Shown: piece after piece, positions 49,290 to 63,252 of the stretch
Position numbering within the stretch: the stretch's first letter is position 1
How the letters are laid out: each line of letters opens with the position of its first letter
Assembly (NCBI GenBank): GCA_030264375.1
Contig: JASCQW010000099.1
Coordinates: forward strand, 62,985,823-63,049,822
Source: Carcharhinus longimanus
Taxonomy: Eukaryota
DNA length: 64,000 bases
Direction: 5' to 3'
Made by a program: the position numbers and the translations under genes
Notes under the pieces: generated by a model
What the model saw: only the letters and a program-made list of their open reading frames with translations
Database searches by the model: none
What the model was told of the DNA's origin: nothing

Positions 49290-50298
49290 CCTATACCAAA
49301 GAAAAGTCAGGCAGTGTGCCATAATGACTACTGCGCAGTGGTTCCAACATCCATCATTATGAAGTGCTTCGAAAGGCTAGTCATGGCACACGTCAACTCC
49401 AGTCTTCCAGATTGCCTGGACCCAGGAAAGTTCATCTATCACCGCAACAGGTCCACAGCACATGCCATTTCCCTGGCCCTACACTCAACCCTGGAACAGC
49501 TGGATAACAAGGGCATTTATGTCAGACTCCTATTTATTGATTACAGCTCAATCTTCAACACCATAATTCCAACAAAACTTGTCTCCAAACTCCGTAATCT
49601 AGGGCTCTGCTCCTCCCTCTGTGTGACTGAATCCTCAACTTCCTAATCCATAGATCGCAATCAGTAAGGTTAGGCAACGACACCTCCTCCACAATTACCC
49701 TCAACATCGGTGCCCAACAAAGCTGTGTCCTCAGCCTCTTTATACATAGATAAGGGGATTAAGGGTTATGGGGAGATGGCGGGAATGTGGAACTGAGACA
49801 CGACAGATCAGCCATGATCTTATTGAATGGCGGGGCAGGCTCGAAGGGCTAGATNNNNNNNNNNNNNNNNNNNNNNNNNNNNNNNNNNNNNNNNNNNNNN
49901 NNNNNNNNNNNNNNNNNNNNNNNNNNNNNNNNNNNNNNNNNNNNNNNNNNNNNNATCAGCCATGATCTTATTGAATGGCAGGGCAGGCTCGAGGGGCTAG
50001 ATGGCCTACTCCTGCTCCTATTTCTTATGTACCTATGTTCTTACATTCATGACTGTGTGGCCAAATTCCAGTCCAACACCATTTTCAAGTTTGCTGATGA
50101 CAATATTGTAATGGATCAGATCTCAAACAACGACAAGATGGAGTACAGGAAAGAGATAGAGAATTTGATGAAATGGTGTGATGACAATAATCTCTCCCTC
50201 AATGTCAGTAAGGCAAAGGAGCTAGTCGTCAACTTCAGGAAGTGTGGTGGGAGGACATGCCTCTGTCTACATCAATGGTGATGAAGTGAAGATAGTTA
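49290..50298 (+). mobile_element. Rex1/Babar LINE reverse transcriptase fragment
   Basis: 'NDY..V..TSIIMKCFERLV..H....LP..LDP..F.Y..NRST..AIS.ALH..L..LD....YVRLLFIDYSS.FNTIIP..L..KL' and 'KFADD' near 50090. Interrupted by a CR1 3' end. Confidence 0.88.
49748..50042 (+). mobile_element. CR1 LINE 3' end inserted into Rex1/Babar
   Basis: 'atcagccatgatcttattgaatggcggggcaggctcgaagggc..atggcctactcctgctcctatttcttatg' with a (ttcttatg)-like tail. TACAT appears on both sides. Confidence 0.8.
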
Positions 50299-50301
50299 AA
50301 G

Positions 50302-50840
50302 GACATTAATAAGCCAAACACTGGGTTCATTTCTAGAGGGCTACAATTGAAAAGCAGAGAGGTTGTTTTAAACCTGTATACAGCCTTAGTCAGACCACAA
50401 TTGGAACACAGTTCTGCTCTTTGTTGTAAAAATATGGATTATACCAGTACTGAGAAGAAATGTTTATCAGGCTGGGGACTTTCTTGATAGAGAAATTTAA
50501 GGTATGAATTAGGTTTGATTGGATAGCCATAGAGCAAACATTTCTACTTGTGAGGAAACCAAAATTAGGTGACATAACAATAAGATAATCAGTATTACCT
50601 CCAAAAGACAATTCAGGAGAAATTATTTACCCAAAGAGTAATCGGAATGCACACCTTACCACCCAGTTAGTCAAATGGCAGCAATGTACTTGGGGAGAGT
50701 CTAGATAAAGCTTATATAGGCAAAAATAATTGAAAGTTATTCTCATAGGGCTAAGTAAAGAGGGATGGGAGCGGGCTCGTGTAAAGCATAAATACTGTCA
50801 AAGACAAGTTGAACTGAATGGCCTGATATTTGTGCTGTGG
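50302..50840 (+). mobile_element. Old CR1 LINE 3' fragment
   Basis: Decayed 'LY.ALVRPQLE' ORF2 end followed by a CR1-type 3' UTR. Confidence 0.7.
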
Positions 50841-50996
50841 ATGTTTGCAAGGAAAAACCTGGCAGACTTTCACACACTGTGATGTACTGTGATAAATTGA
50901 AGCACTTTTATCTAATTTAAAATGGACAGCAGTTATTTTAACACAATCACAACAAATTTGAATGCAGTGTAGTTGGGTCAAAGCCCAACTTCATAT

Positions 50997-53177
50997 TGTT
51001 ATGACCATGAACCAGATCCCCTCCCCAGGGTTTTGGTATGATTTGGTTAGCAATCAATAATATTTTGCTTAAAAGAGACCAAGCTTGATTGAAGACACTT
51101 GCTCAGTGATTCCATGGATTTTGAACAAACAAAATTAAATTTTACTATTGTTATGATCCCAGCTGGTGTTAATACTGGCCATGTCAAATCCCAGAGTGAA
51201 ACCTGGTTTGATAGATCCTAACTTTGTTATTTTTTGGAAGCCATGCAGGGCAGTTACTGAACAGATTCACAAGAATCTGCTGTTGAGGAAAGAAATAAAC
51301 ATTTTATTAAACAAGAAAACAATGGATTAATATTATACCAGACAGAACATTCGGAAAGATTCCAATACAGATACCAGAAAATGATTCACACTCACACTAT
51401 TTCTTTTATCTCAGGAATACCTTTACAGACACAGATCTCCAGTGAAAAGTTACCACTATCTCAGTACTAAGGTTTGGGCTAGCTTGGTTTCAAACCGATT
51501 TTCTTCTGGTTGACTTCTGAGCATTCGCAAGATGCTTTTCTTCAGCTGGCACTTACTGAGACACCTAAAAACTGCAATCTAAAGACACTATTATTTCAAA
51601 TTCTGAACAAGCGGTATGAGTTTCCTAAACTCAGCTCTTCAGCAGTCTGGCAGATTTCTTACTCAAGAGTTTTAGATCTTCTGCCTGTGCTCTCTGGTAT
51701 ATACACTCTAACTGACAGCCATTCTGTGTTTCTCTGTCTCTCTGCATGGCTCTGGACTCCAGTGGCATAGTTTTTTTCGACTTTATGATTTTGTCTCTAA
51801 CTTCACTAAATTAACCCATAGTAATTCATCACTTCGCTTTAAGAGTTGTAAAACCTCATTAAAAGTGCATGTACACAAACAGGGTCACAATCTTCCTGGC
51901 ACCCAACTCGGAAAGACTAAAAATAAAACTAGACCCAAGATTCACCTTGCACACAAATACGAAATATAAATTAAACTTAATTGTTCCCAACATCATACAA
52001 GGTCAGAAAGTTTCTATCTTATACTCTAACATTCAGGGTGGTTGTGAAGTACATGTGAATTAGCAAGCAAAATCTGGTCAAACGCACCATGTTGCATAAA
52101 AATGCAAAGTGTAAAGGGTAACCAAAACAGAGTCCACGAATTTCTCAACAACCCATCCAAATTCCATTCAACAACCAACCTCACTGAAGCTATGTCTCTC
52201 TCTCTCACGAGGGATTCCCGTCTTCACTTTCAAAGAACTAACCTGGGAATTCTCTCCAAAGGTTGTTCCAACTTGGGCGCCGCACCTGGCAGGGTTTCAG
52301 TCTCACTTCCTGAGATGTGTTACCCTGAATTCCCAAGAATGCACTTCTGCACCAACTCGTAAGCATAACTTCAGCTTTTCGGCGACGCCAAGCAGAACAC
52401 CACAGCTCAGAAGGGGTACCTTTGCCCCAGCGACTCGCAGCACGAAGACCTCAAACCTTTATTGCCTTCTCAGATCTTGAGATCTTTTCCTGAACTCATG
52501 TTGCTTCTCCTGAGCCCTCTTTGATTGCCAGGGTTTCTCCTGGGTCCTGTTCACTTAAAGTCTGCTAATCACATCCCTTTACTATATTTTTAGCTCAATA
52601 GGGTGGCATGGTGGCACAATGGTTAGCATTGCTGCCAGGGACCCAGGTTTAATTCCTGCCTTGGGTGACTGTATGGAGTTTTCATGTTCTCCCCATTCTA
52701 TGTGGGTTGTCTCCGAGTGCCCCAGTTTCCTCCACACTCAAGAGATGTGCGGGTTAGATTGATTGGCGATGCTGAATTGCCCCTTAGTGTCAGAGGGATT
52801 AGCAGAATGAATACACAGAGTTGCAGGGATGGGGTCTTCGTGGGGTGCAGACTCAATGGCATCCTCCTGCACCATAGGCATTATATGTTTCTATGATTTT
52901 CCTGTCTCTGTCTGGGACTCTCTTCTGTGATCTCACCCTTTGGGTTCTCTCCCCTTGTCTTCCCCCGTCACCAGAGTCTCTCGTCTTCAATGGAGCACCA
53001 CTGCTGGTCATGTGGCCCTGGTTTTTGTGCCATTTTCCCTCTTGTCATAGGGGCTCTGGGCCCAAAGAACTCAAAAATGCAGAATTGCACTTGTGCAGCA
53101 CACTCTGTGAAGTATTTCAGGATTTAGAGGTCCTGATCTCTGCTGTGGACGAGTAGGTAAATCTGGCATTCATAACA
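50997..53177. mobile_element. Putative solo LTR with a nested second LTR (51149-52031) and an HE1 SINE
   Basis: TGTTATG ... CATAACA termini with ATAT / ATAC flanks; inner TGTTATGA ... TCTAACA. Confidence 0.55.
52601..52898 (+). mobile_element. HE1 SINE nested in a putative LTR
   Basis: Head, V-domain and tail present. Confidence 0.85.
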
Positions 53178-53865
53178 ATACGGATGCTGCAATAGCTTGT
53201 TTAGTTGATCCCAAGGCAAGGAGCTATGTGACATTCAAACAAAAATATACTTAATGATGTGCTCAGTTTTGTGTACAATTTAGTGAACACAGCTATTCAG
53301 AACCAAAATTATTGGCGCATTTATGACTGTGTATAATTCAAATCATAGAGTTGGTTTAGAACTGAGAAAACCAAGGCCAGTTTGCTGCTGCAATTTGTAA
53401 ACTAGTATAGGTAGAAAGTCTTGATGTAAAAGAGTTTAACATCATTCATTTCACACAGAGTGAAGGGATGAAATAGGGAAGCTGGGTGGATGATTAGTGG
53501 TGAGAGGAAGTGTTTCTTGGGTGCCAGTCTGATGAGGGGGTGAAAGCAATGTGGTAGGGATTATTTTCCAGTTGGTAAGGAGGTTAACAACTAACGTTGC
53601 GTAACAATTAACATTGACCCATCCCCATCTTCGCCACCACACACCCCCTTTTACTCTTCCCATTGTAGAACCACCAACTGGTATTACAGGTAAATGTTGA
53701 AACTATTGTTTTCCCATTGAGATAGGGTAACATTAGTTTTCATAGTCATTTGAAGTGGAATGTCGTGATGAACACACTGATTTTAATATCCAGTAAATTA
53801 TGCATTATTGTTCCTTGTTTCTTTATTCAGTAAACTGAGAGTGTCTTAACTGAAATCTGTTGGAG

Positions 53866-55016
53866 TCCTAGAGGTTACAGCATGGAAGCAGGCCCTTTGG
53901 CCCAACTTGTCCATGCCGCCCCTTTTTTTTAACCCCTAACCTAGTTCCAAGTGCCCACGTTTGGCCCATATTCCTCTATACCCATCTTATACATATAACT
54001 GTCTAAACGCTTTTTAAAAGACAAATTTGTACCCACCTCTACTACTACTTCTGGCAGCTTGTTTCAGATACACATCCCCCTCTGTGTGAAAAAAATTGCC
54101 CCTCTGGACCTTTTGTATCTCTCCCCTCTCACCTTAAACCTATGCCCTCTAGTTTTAGACTCACCCACCTTTGGGAAAAGATATTGACTATNNNNNNNNN
54201 NNNNNNNNNNNNNNNNNNNNNNNNNNNNNNNNNNNNNNNNNNNNNNNNNNNNNNNNNNNNNNNNNNNNNNNNNNNNNNNNNNNNNNNNNNNNNNNNNNNN
54301 NNNNNNNNNNNNNNNNNNNNNNNNNNNNNNNNNNNNNNNNNNNNNNNNNNNNNNNNNNNNNNNNNNNNNNNNNNNNNNNNNNNNNNNNNNNNNNNNNNNN
54401 NNNNNNNNNNNNNNNNNNNNNNNNNNNNNNNNNNNNNNNNNNNNNNNNNNNNNNNNNNNNNNNNNNNNNNNNNNNNNNNNNNNNNNNNNNNNNNNNNNNN
54501 NNNNNNNNNNNNNNNNNNNNNNNNNNNNNNNNNNNNNNNNNNNNNNNNNNNNNNNNNNNNNNNNNNNNNNNNNNNNNNNNNNNNNNNNNNNNNNNNNNNN
54601 NNNNNNNNNNNNNNNNNNNNNNNNNNNNNNNNNNNNNNNNNNNNNNNNNNNNNNNNNNNNNNNNNNNNNNNNNNNNNNNNNNNNNNNNNNNNNNNNNNNN
54701 NNNNNNNNNNNNNNNNNNNNNNNNNNNNNNNNNNNNNNNNNNNNNNNNNNNTGATTCATGAACCTCATTATTTTGTATGCCTCAATAAGATCACCCTGAA
54801 GCTTCTGACATGCCAGAGAAAAAAACCCAGGCTATCCAGCCTCTCATTATCATTCAAACCACCGAGTCCCAGTAGCATCCTAGTAAATCTTTTCCGCATT
54901 CTTTCTACTTTAATAATATCCTTTCTATAATAGGATGAACTGTATACACTATTCCAAGTGTGGCCTTACCAATGTCTTGTACAACTTCAACAAGATGTCC
55001 CAACTCCTGTATTCAA
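53866..55016 (-). mobile_element. CR1/HER1 LINE 3' portion, spanning an assembly gap
   Basis: Minus-strand translation 'YLFPKVGESKTRGHRFKVRGERY' and 'LYKTLVRPHLE' near 54960-54985; CR1 3' UTR at 53866-53990. Confidence 0.88.
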
Positions 55017-55252
55017 AGTATTCTGCATTCTGTTGGAATAAAACTTTGTTGATTTTGATGGTATGTGAAGCCACCAGGTAGATTTCGTAGCTAAATAATT
55101 TAATGAGTTTCTGTTCATTATCCTGGACATAAGATCAAAATTCACGAGATATTACTGAAAATACTTTACAGGTTGTGAGGAGCTAAAATCTCACTAAGAA
55201 TCTAAAATCCAGAAGAAGTATGAAAAGGAAAGAAAAACAATGTGGATTCAAG

Positions 55253-55338
55253 GGGAATTGTAGCAGGCAGGTCAGGACCATGGAAATTGTAGCAGACAGG
55301 ACAGGATCATGGGAATGTAGCAGGCAGGACAGGACCGT
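55253..55338. repeat. Three tandem units of about 29 bp at the edge of a MITE-like sequence
   Basis: 'ggaa(t)tgtagcag.cagg.cagga.c.t' three times. Confidence 0.8.
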
Positions 55339-56350
55339 TGCAAAGGTCCATTGACCCAAAAGGGTGGGTGAGGGGGGTGGTTTTCCGGTTTTGGGGTGAG
55401 CGCAGCTGCAAGATCCCGCCCATAGTATCAACCTGAAGCATGTGAGAAGGAGAGATGGCAATATTGTGGTCATGAGTCGGTAGAGTAATGCATACCACCA
55501 GCAAACCCAGTAAATGAGATTACAGCTCCTTTAGCATATACCTCTGCTGGGAATAATTTCATTAAATCTAACTTGATATCAAGTTTTAGATAAGGAGATG
55601 ATATTGATCATTTTATTGGAGCTTTTGAATATTTGCTAAATTGCTGTAAGTGAAACAACGAATGGTGTACAGAATGAAGCAATTACTGGAAGCTGCTCAT
55701 AGTATTTAGAGAGCTGGTTATAGAGTTATAAGCTACTTCAGAATTATTAATGGATCGCCTATGGCACAAGTTACTATTTTTCAACAATGAGGGACGTTTA
55801 TACCTTTTTAGGGCATTACAGTGAGTCCAGTGATTTACAGTGCTTAATGATTTACTGTCTAAATAAATTAAATTTTTAACTGTACTCTGGGATTTTTTAA
55901 ACAGTGCTGAGGGATTGAATTTCACAACCATGCATTATTCTGTGAAAGTAGTAAATGATTGGCCTACATATATATATTTCTATACTCGTATTTAATTTGT
56001 ATCCACACAATTTTAAGTTGATAGTGCAAAGAATTTTTAATTCATTTTTATTACAACTGTACATTTCACATCCTCAATTACATACTTGTGAAGTATCGCC
56101 ACTTGCCCTATGGGCAAATGATATCGAATTTGTATTAACAATATTTTGTCTAAAGTTCTAGGTGAGTTATCTTTAGCTGATTTTTTAACTTTAAAGATTT
56201 GAAATGTCACTTTGAACAACTTTTGAACAGAAAATGCTACTGGGCTTCTTCATTATTGTTGAATATCAGTGCATCTGTGGGAAATTGGGCATGCTTAGAT
56301 TATGCAAATCAAATAGTGTTCAGAGTCACACTGGGTTGAAAAAAGATTTT

Positions 56351-56559
56351 GGGTGAGATTCTCTGGCCTCCCAGCTGCGTGTTTCCCAGTGGTGGAAGGC
56401 ATCGTGCTGTTTGCTAATGGCGGGATTCCCTGATTCTGTTGCTGTGAATGGGATTTCCCATTGATGTCACCCCACACCACTGCAAAACCCATGGGTGGGG
56501 ATGCATTGCTGGAAGGACTGGAGAATCCCACTAGCGTAAATGGCCAGAGAATTCCGACC
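56351..56559. mobile_element. Harbinger-like MITE; related copy at about 62465-62641
   Basis: GGGTGAGATTCTCTGGCC ... GGCCAGAGAATTCCGACC ends, plus internal inverted repeat GGGATTC / GAATCCC. Confidence 0.7.
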
Positions 56560-56804
56560 ATCGAGGCATTCTTCTTGTTTGTAAGTTCTCTATCCAAAGG
56601 TGGGTGCTTGACAATTAATTGCTAAACTGAAGCAAAATGCCATGATTTTGTTTTACTGTGGATAGGGCAAGGAGACAGTCCCCTGAGTCAACCTCAGCCC
56701 GAGCGGGGATTGAGTTCTGTGCTGTTGGCATTAATCTGATCCACATGCTGACAATTTGGCCAACTGAGCTAATCGGTCTCCCTATTCAAGGCATTAAAAG
56801 GTCA

Positions 56805-57146
56805 AGGGTTGCCAACCCTTCAGAATTTTCCTGCTATCTCCAGTATGTAAAGATACATCTACAGGACACTGCTGTGAGCAAACCAGCAGAAAATCATAAA
56901 GCATTAAAGTTATCGTTCTTTTTTTCATTTTTTTAAAACTTGTTCCCTATCAAAATGTTTGAAAAGATACCAATGGTTGACAGACAGAAAGTTGCTTCAG
57001 ACAATGAAGAGTCCATTTACTTGTAATTGGTGTGGGGAAGTGGTGTACCATGAGGAGAGACATGTTGGATTACTGGAGCTAGACAGTCAGAAATGGATGA
57101 CCATTTGGTGAACCCTCAAAATAAGTCCAACCAGGGTTGGCAACTT
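56805..57146. mobile_element. hAT-like MITE
   Basis: Ends AGGGTTGCCAACCC ... GGGTTGGCAAC. Confidence 0.6.
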
Positions 57147-60100
57147 GTAAAAGCATAGTCCATTCATTGTATAGACATAATCATGATAGAATGAAAGAAA
57201 TAATGTTTTTACTTTTCATTGCCATTTAACATGTTACCGTGAGCATTACAAATTTGGAGAATCAGTGGTGACCGGGAACATTTTCAAAAGTAGTCTTAAC
57301 AAATTTTAGGCACCTTGTGTCCAAATTGTGCAACCATAAGAAATTGTATCATTCTCAAATAGCAGGGTGTAATGAAAGCTATCAGAGACTACACATACCC
57401 TGCATACCAAAAATAATGTATAATGCCTTAGAATAGTGGTAAGGTTAATGGAGCTCACCGCTACCAGGCAGTGACTTCAGGCAAGAGCAGATACACAGTT
57501 ACATGGTGTAATAATTCTTGTTCACCAGGTTGAGGGAAAACCAGCAACACGCTTATTTACAGGCAAAGATCATACAGAAGCATAATTAGCTCCTGAGAAG
57601 AATCTGGAACAGTAACCCCTGCTTATCAGGGAGATTCCTCCACTCTGCTCCCCAATAGTTGCCCAGATCATGTGACTCTTTGTAGACTGAATTTCATAGG
57701 GACACTTACCACACAAGGGAAAATCCGGAGGTTGTTGTCTGAGATGTGTTGCTCCACTGTTATCATTGTGAAAAGAGCATCTCCCTATCTTGCTTTCAGG
57801 ACACCATGAAAGCTCTACACATATGTTGTATACATATGTCATAAATTTGGACTTAACTTGCCACAGAAGGTTGAGGCTTGTCCAGTTCAATTTACATGTT
57901 TAATGCTGTGATAAATCTTAATTACTGCCAAACAACCTCCCTGGCTCTGAACATAGCCTTTACAAATATGGAGTCTCATTCCTGCAAATTTTAGTGAGTT
58001 AATTTTTTAAAGACTTTTTTGTATTATTTTCCATTTTCGTTGTCTCTTTCACTCTCTCTGAATCCCATCTTTCTTTCTCTTTCTCTATTACAGGTTTTAT
58101 ACTTCACCTGACATCCAATTTAATATTCTAACTGACATTTGCTGCTTCAGACACTGAGCTATCCAGTAACAATGCCTCAACCTGATTTATTAAGGAGATA
58201 AATAGTTATTAGTCCTGTTCAGGCAAGCCTCAGATGCCCCGCTGAGGGTGTCGAACTGTTTCCATTTCACTTTTGCAGCAACTTGCTTCGCAGAAGCTCG
58301 TGGCAATGCATTGAGCAGCAGCAAGTCTCACAATTGGCAGATACAATTTGCTCATCGACTGTAGGATTTAGGCACAAGATACATTGGGAAAGAAAAATTG
58401 AGATTCATTTTTTTTTACTTTTTTTTTCCTTTTTTCCTTTGCTCCTGTTTAGTTTTTTGGCAAATTAGCAAGGAGAATTCAGGTGACTGACAGATCTTGT
58501 CAACAGCCTGTAATGCTTTACGTTCTTGTTTGAATATCACTATAAGTTTCTATTGTATAATAGGTTTTTCAGTCGTTAAAGCTAATTACTTGGTTTAAAA
58601 AAAAGCCACATCTTTAGCAGCTGGATTGTGGAGAGAAATACCTGCTCCTGATTTTGTGGAAATTTTATGTAACATTTTGTTTTTTTTCTGTTCACTTCCC
58701 TTTGCATGTCTGTCTGCCCACCTGCGGCTATTTTTGTTTCACAGGAACCAATCAAAAACATTTAGTTTGTCATCTCTGGGATGATTTCTTACAAGNNNNN
58801 NNNNNNNNNNNNNNNNNNNNNNNNNNNNNNNNNNNNNNNNNNNNNNNNNNNNNNNNNNNNNNNNNNNNNNNNNNNNNNNNNNNNNNNNNNNNNNNNNNNN
58901 NNNNNNNNNNNNNNNNNNNNNNNNNNNNNNNNNNNNCTGTTAAGAAGTCGATTATCTCAGAGGTCATTTGCCCAATTCCTGACCAATTATGATGTGGCAA
59001 ACAGACTGCGATCTATTTGCATAAAAGGAAATAGGATACCAACACGGCATTAGCACTCATCTGGGGATCTAAAGTAACTTCCTCAGCTTTCACAGGTGTT
59101 GTAGTCTTGAAAGCTACAGGCCGATGGCATTCTTCACATTTGAGATCACCAGTTTACCATATGGAGTCTGATTTTTTTCAGAAGTGCTACAATACACCCG
59201 TATGCAGTAAGGGTTTATAAATAAAGGGAAAGACTGCAGGTTATACTTAATTCTCTTTGATTGCAGTTTCAGTTTTAAGTGACATTGCTGTGGTAGTTTG
59301 CTGGTAGAAATAGTACATTTTTTTTAAAAAATATGTGAATTGCGTTTGGGTGAAATTTTACAAGGCTGTAATGTACAATTGAATTATTTAAGTGATGTCC
59401 TGCACCACTGCAGTGCAGCTCATTTGGTTTCTGGATGTCATCTGAACCAGGAGATTATGTTACAGGCTATAAGTCACTTCAGCTCAACTGTTATTATAGT
59501 AGTAATGGTATATTTGTACTAATTTTCAAATGGTTATGGTGCTGTAACATCTGTGTGGCTGTGGAATCTGTTAAAGTCTAACAGTCTGCAGCATGACAGT
59601 CTTTTGAAGAGGCAATTAAGTTTTGAAGTAGGATGGGGGAGTATAACAGAAGCTATGATGAAAGTCTTTTGACATATCAATATATAACAAGAAGGGCTAG
59701 TGCTAGGTTTAATGCAATGTTTCAAGTAGCATACTGATTAGAGGTCTGGGAAAAATATGTAGGCAGACTCCTTTATAGGAGCCTAAAAAAATATGTAATT
59801 AGAGTAGACTGCTTAGCTACCAGGCTCACTGCTTCCACAGATTATGTACCTACGTACCTTGGACTCCAGGCCAACAAATTAACCTTGAATAACCTCCATC
59901 CCCTTTGATCCTCAATTATGACTAAACAAAACTCCAAGAATATTCATTATTCCTTATTTTTCCCATTATTTAACTGAATCCTGCCACTCTCCATTTGAGT
60001 TTTTAATTCAGGAATGGAACGTGGACATCACTGGCAAAGTTTGTTATTTATAGAGGAATCATCACATTGCATGGATTATAAGAACATCTCTGTTTACATC

Positions 60101-61863
60101 CTTCTAAATAATGTTCAGTTCAGGATTATAACAAATATTTATCTAAGCATTTTAGAAAGCTACGTAACTGCCTTTGCTGCCAGTCTGTTTCCACTAGTTT
60201 GTTCCCCAATAAATGCTTTATTTGAGGCTTATGCTGTTCTTTGCATATTAATGGATCCTCTCCTATGTTGAACAATCTGTAATAATTAAACCTGAAAGAA
60301 ATAAAGGTCCAGGACCAGTACTCCATATCCTGCAACAACCCTTCTCCCACTTCCTGCATGCATCATCTTTCTCCAAATTGATCAAATTTGAATCTGTAAA
60401 GCTTAAGAGTTTTATATTCCTCACTTTCATTATTTCAACTTTTGACCACTATTTTTGATGATGACTGTCCAGAAGTGTATATTATGAGCAAATTTAATAT
60501 TGCCTGTCCAGCTGCACCTGGATAGTGAGATAGCCTGTTAAAATTGCACATGAAATTTACCTACTATCTCCTGCAGGCACCATAACAAAGGTTTACTTCT
60601 CCCTTACCTCTGTTTGACCTCCATCCTAGACCTCAAGGCTCAGTGACTTAACTGAATGCTTGGGACCATTCCTGCCTCGTAACGTTTTGCTCCTGTCTGC
60701 TGATTTTGAACAGAAACCCAACTAGTTGTACGCAGATGAAACCTGGGAGTTGAAATCTCCTGGGCCTCATGCTGCAAAGATTAGGACATTAGACGTCTTC
60801 CTTGACCCTGTTCCGGCCTATACATCTGCTGCCCCAAGTTGAAGTTGGAACTATTATTCCAAACGTGGCCTCATCCGCAATGCATATAATATTAGAATAA
60901 CTTAAGCTGTAATGCTGTGACATGGAATCTGCTTTCGATTAGCTGTTTTGGAAACTGCTTGATATCAACTGGAAATTCGAAGTGAACAATAATAATTGTA
61001 CTTGCATCCTTTTCCTTTTCCACATGTGCTAATGGCCATCATTATAATCATGTTCATGTGTTCGTTATTTTACTACTCCAGTATGCATTGCTCTACATCT
61101 GTCTACATTAAAATCCAACTACTGTTTATTAGCCCATCTGGGCCTGATCTTTGCAAAAACTTTTTTTTTTGTTCCTTATACTTATCACTTCTTGAGAAAT
61201 CGAGGCCAAGGCGAAAATACAAAACACCGCTAAAGTTGAAAAATGAATTAAAAGATGAGATAAGTGGGGAATTATTACACCAGGACAGTAGGTTTTGGTT
61301 TAAAAATTCCACGGATTGTAGGAGGAAGGAAGCCCTGAAGGAGGCAAGGAATTCTATAGCTTCAAGGTACTGGGAGAGGATGAATAAAAGTCTGAAAAGG
61401 ATGCGGTTAGTCCTGATTCTAAACACTGTGAGGATGCATTGAGAAAGAAGTGTGTGAAGGACATAGTGTATTTGGAAGCTTGGAGGAAAAGGTCCTGAAG
61501 CTCCACAGGTCATTGACACAGCTTTTTGTACTTAACATTGCCATCTGTTTCATATTTCCAAGCGAGTTTTTAATCCATTAATTTCATGATCCGTAACTCT
61601 TGCATGTGGAATATTAATAACTTCCTTCACATAGGTGATGGCTTGGACAATTGTCTGCCTAGTGGGCCATCGGTAACATATTGTTCCCACAATCCAAATC
61701 CTTTGGTGGTGCCATAATATGGATCATTACAAACTTTCATTAATTCTTATTTTTGTGAAGAATGTATTTACAGAGTGGAGCAACTTGACCAGGTGTCTGC
61801 AGCTATTGTGCGCAATTTATTGTTGTTTTAATTGTATTTCATATTTTTCTTTACCTTTTCCAG

Positions 61864-62048
61864 ATTCTTATCTTTCATCAACGGAAGTCTGTCTGACATT
61901 GGAGCATCCGCTATGCTGTGTAAAGTGAATGCAGCGCTGAAAACCAATTTGATGGATGCCTTGGCTCAAAGACTTGATACAACAGAGCCAACGTTGCAGA
62001 TGATTATTGATGGACTGACACAGCCTCATGATTATGACATTAGAGCAG
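61864..62048 (+). CDS. SRBD1: SRBD1 internal coding exon (RFLSFINGSLSDIG...TTEPTLQMIIDGLTQPHDYDIRA)
   Basis: ccttttccag acceptor, gtaatg donor at 62049. Continues the frame from 25109 (AG|A = Arg). 'TLQ.IIDGL.QP..D.R' motif that precedes the S1 domain. Confidence 0.93.
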
Positions 62049-62892
62049 GTAATGCGTTCTTACGATATCAAATAATTCCCTTTGTTAGCTCAGTAACATT
62101 TAGTTTAAGTAAATCGTTATTTTATAAATATCTGGCTTTATATATAGTTAATAAAATCCCTAATTATTATTGTCAATATTTACACTTGAATTTAGCATTG
62201 TTGGTAGTAAACTAACAATGAAATTCTGCAACTAATCTCAAAATAGAGTCTTCCAATTATAGATCTAGTTGCTATTTTGACCACCTGAAACCTGCAACCA
62301 TTTTTCATGCAGCATATAGAATGATGAGCAAGCTTACTCCTGTATCTCCGCAGCAATTGATCAAAGTGAAACCATTCTTATTCAAATGGCAATTAAAAAT
62401 AGGGGCAAATAAACGTTGCATCAAATTTCCAATTTTATTTTGAAGATTCGAATGGCTTGATGTAGGGCAGGATTTTATTCCCCCTCCGCAGTGTGTTCCA
62501 TGGCAGTAGGATCTTATGGTCCTTCAGTTGTCAACAGGGTTTCCAGTTGAATGCAGCCCTTGCTACCAGGAAGCCCGCAGTGGCATGTGCGCCATAGGCA
62601 GGACCATAACACCTCGTTGGTGTAAACGGCAGCAAGATTTTAACGATGGAAACTCAGTACATGTGACTAAACTTGGGTTGTGCTTTGAGACTTAAACAGG
62701 AAATTCCAAATACCATTTTTACATCACCTTTACATTGCATCCCATATTTCACTGGATGTGAGAGAGAGGATATATGGTAATTCTGCCATGGTTAAGGTGC
62801 AGCCAAGAAGGTGATAGATTTTAAACAAGCTGGCATCATTAGACGTAAGTTCAAATATTGGTACTTAAGAATTTGCTGATCTAACTTGCAAC

Positions 62893-63124
62893 ACTGCACA
62901 TTCTCCTCATGTCTGCGTGGTTTTCTTCCGGGTACTCCGGTTTCCTCCTACACTCCAAAGATGTGCAGGTTAGGTTGATTGGCCATGCTAAGAAATTGCC
63001 CCTTGGTGTCCAGGGATGTGTAGGTTGGAGGGATATGGGGGTTAGGGCTTGGGTGGGATTGTGTTCAGTGCAGACTCGATGGGCCGAAGGGCCTCTTTCT
63101 GCACTGTAGAGTTCTATGATTCTA
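62893..63124 (+). mobile_element. 5'-truncated HE1 SINE
   Basis: V-domain and tail. Confidence 0.85.
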
Positions 63125-63252
63125 ACACAGTAAGACAGGAGTAGCTCACATAAACATCTAAAGAAGGCTGATGTTGGGATCTTCATTGTGCTGTTGATTG
63201 ATCTTTTGTCAAACAAAATTTCTTGCTCTTTATTCCATTTGTCAGTGTCTCT

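Noticed and set aside
49808-50002. Repeat of about 47 bp on both sides of the gap
   Set aside because: Flanks a 100-N gap; probably an unmerged contig overlap or allelic difference.
54064-54930. Longest ORFs in the track (196-262 aa)
   Set aside because: Almost entirely N-gap; the flanks are CR1.
55253-55338. CRISPR-like 29-bp repeats
   Set aside because: Eukaryotic context, no spacers and no cas genes; a simple tandem repeat.
60996-61519. Overlapping 138-148 aa ORFs
   Set aside because: No recognisable domain or splice context; possibly a decayed repeat.
5441-63109. Recurrent short ORFs with 'WVSSGCSGFLPQSKDV' or 'CGRKPEHPEETH'
   Set aside because: Translations of HE1 SINEs, not a gene family.
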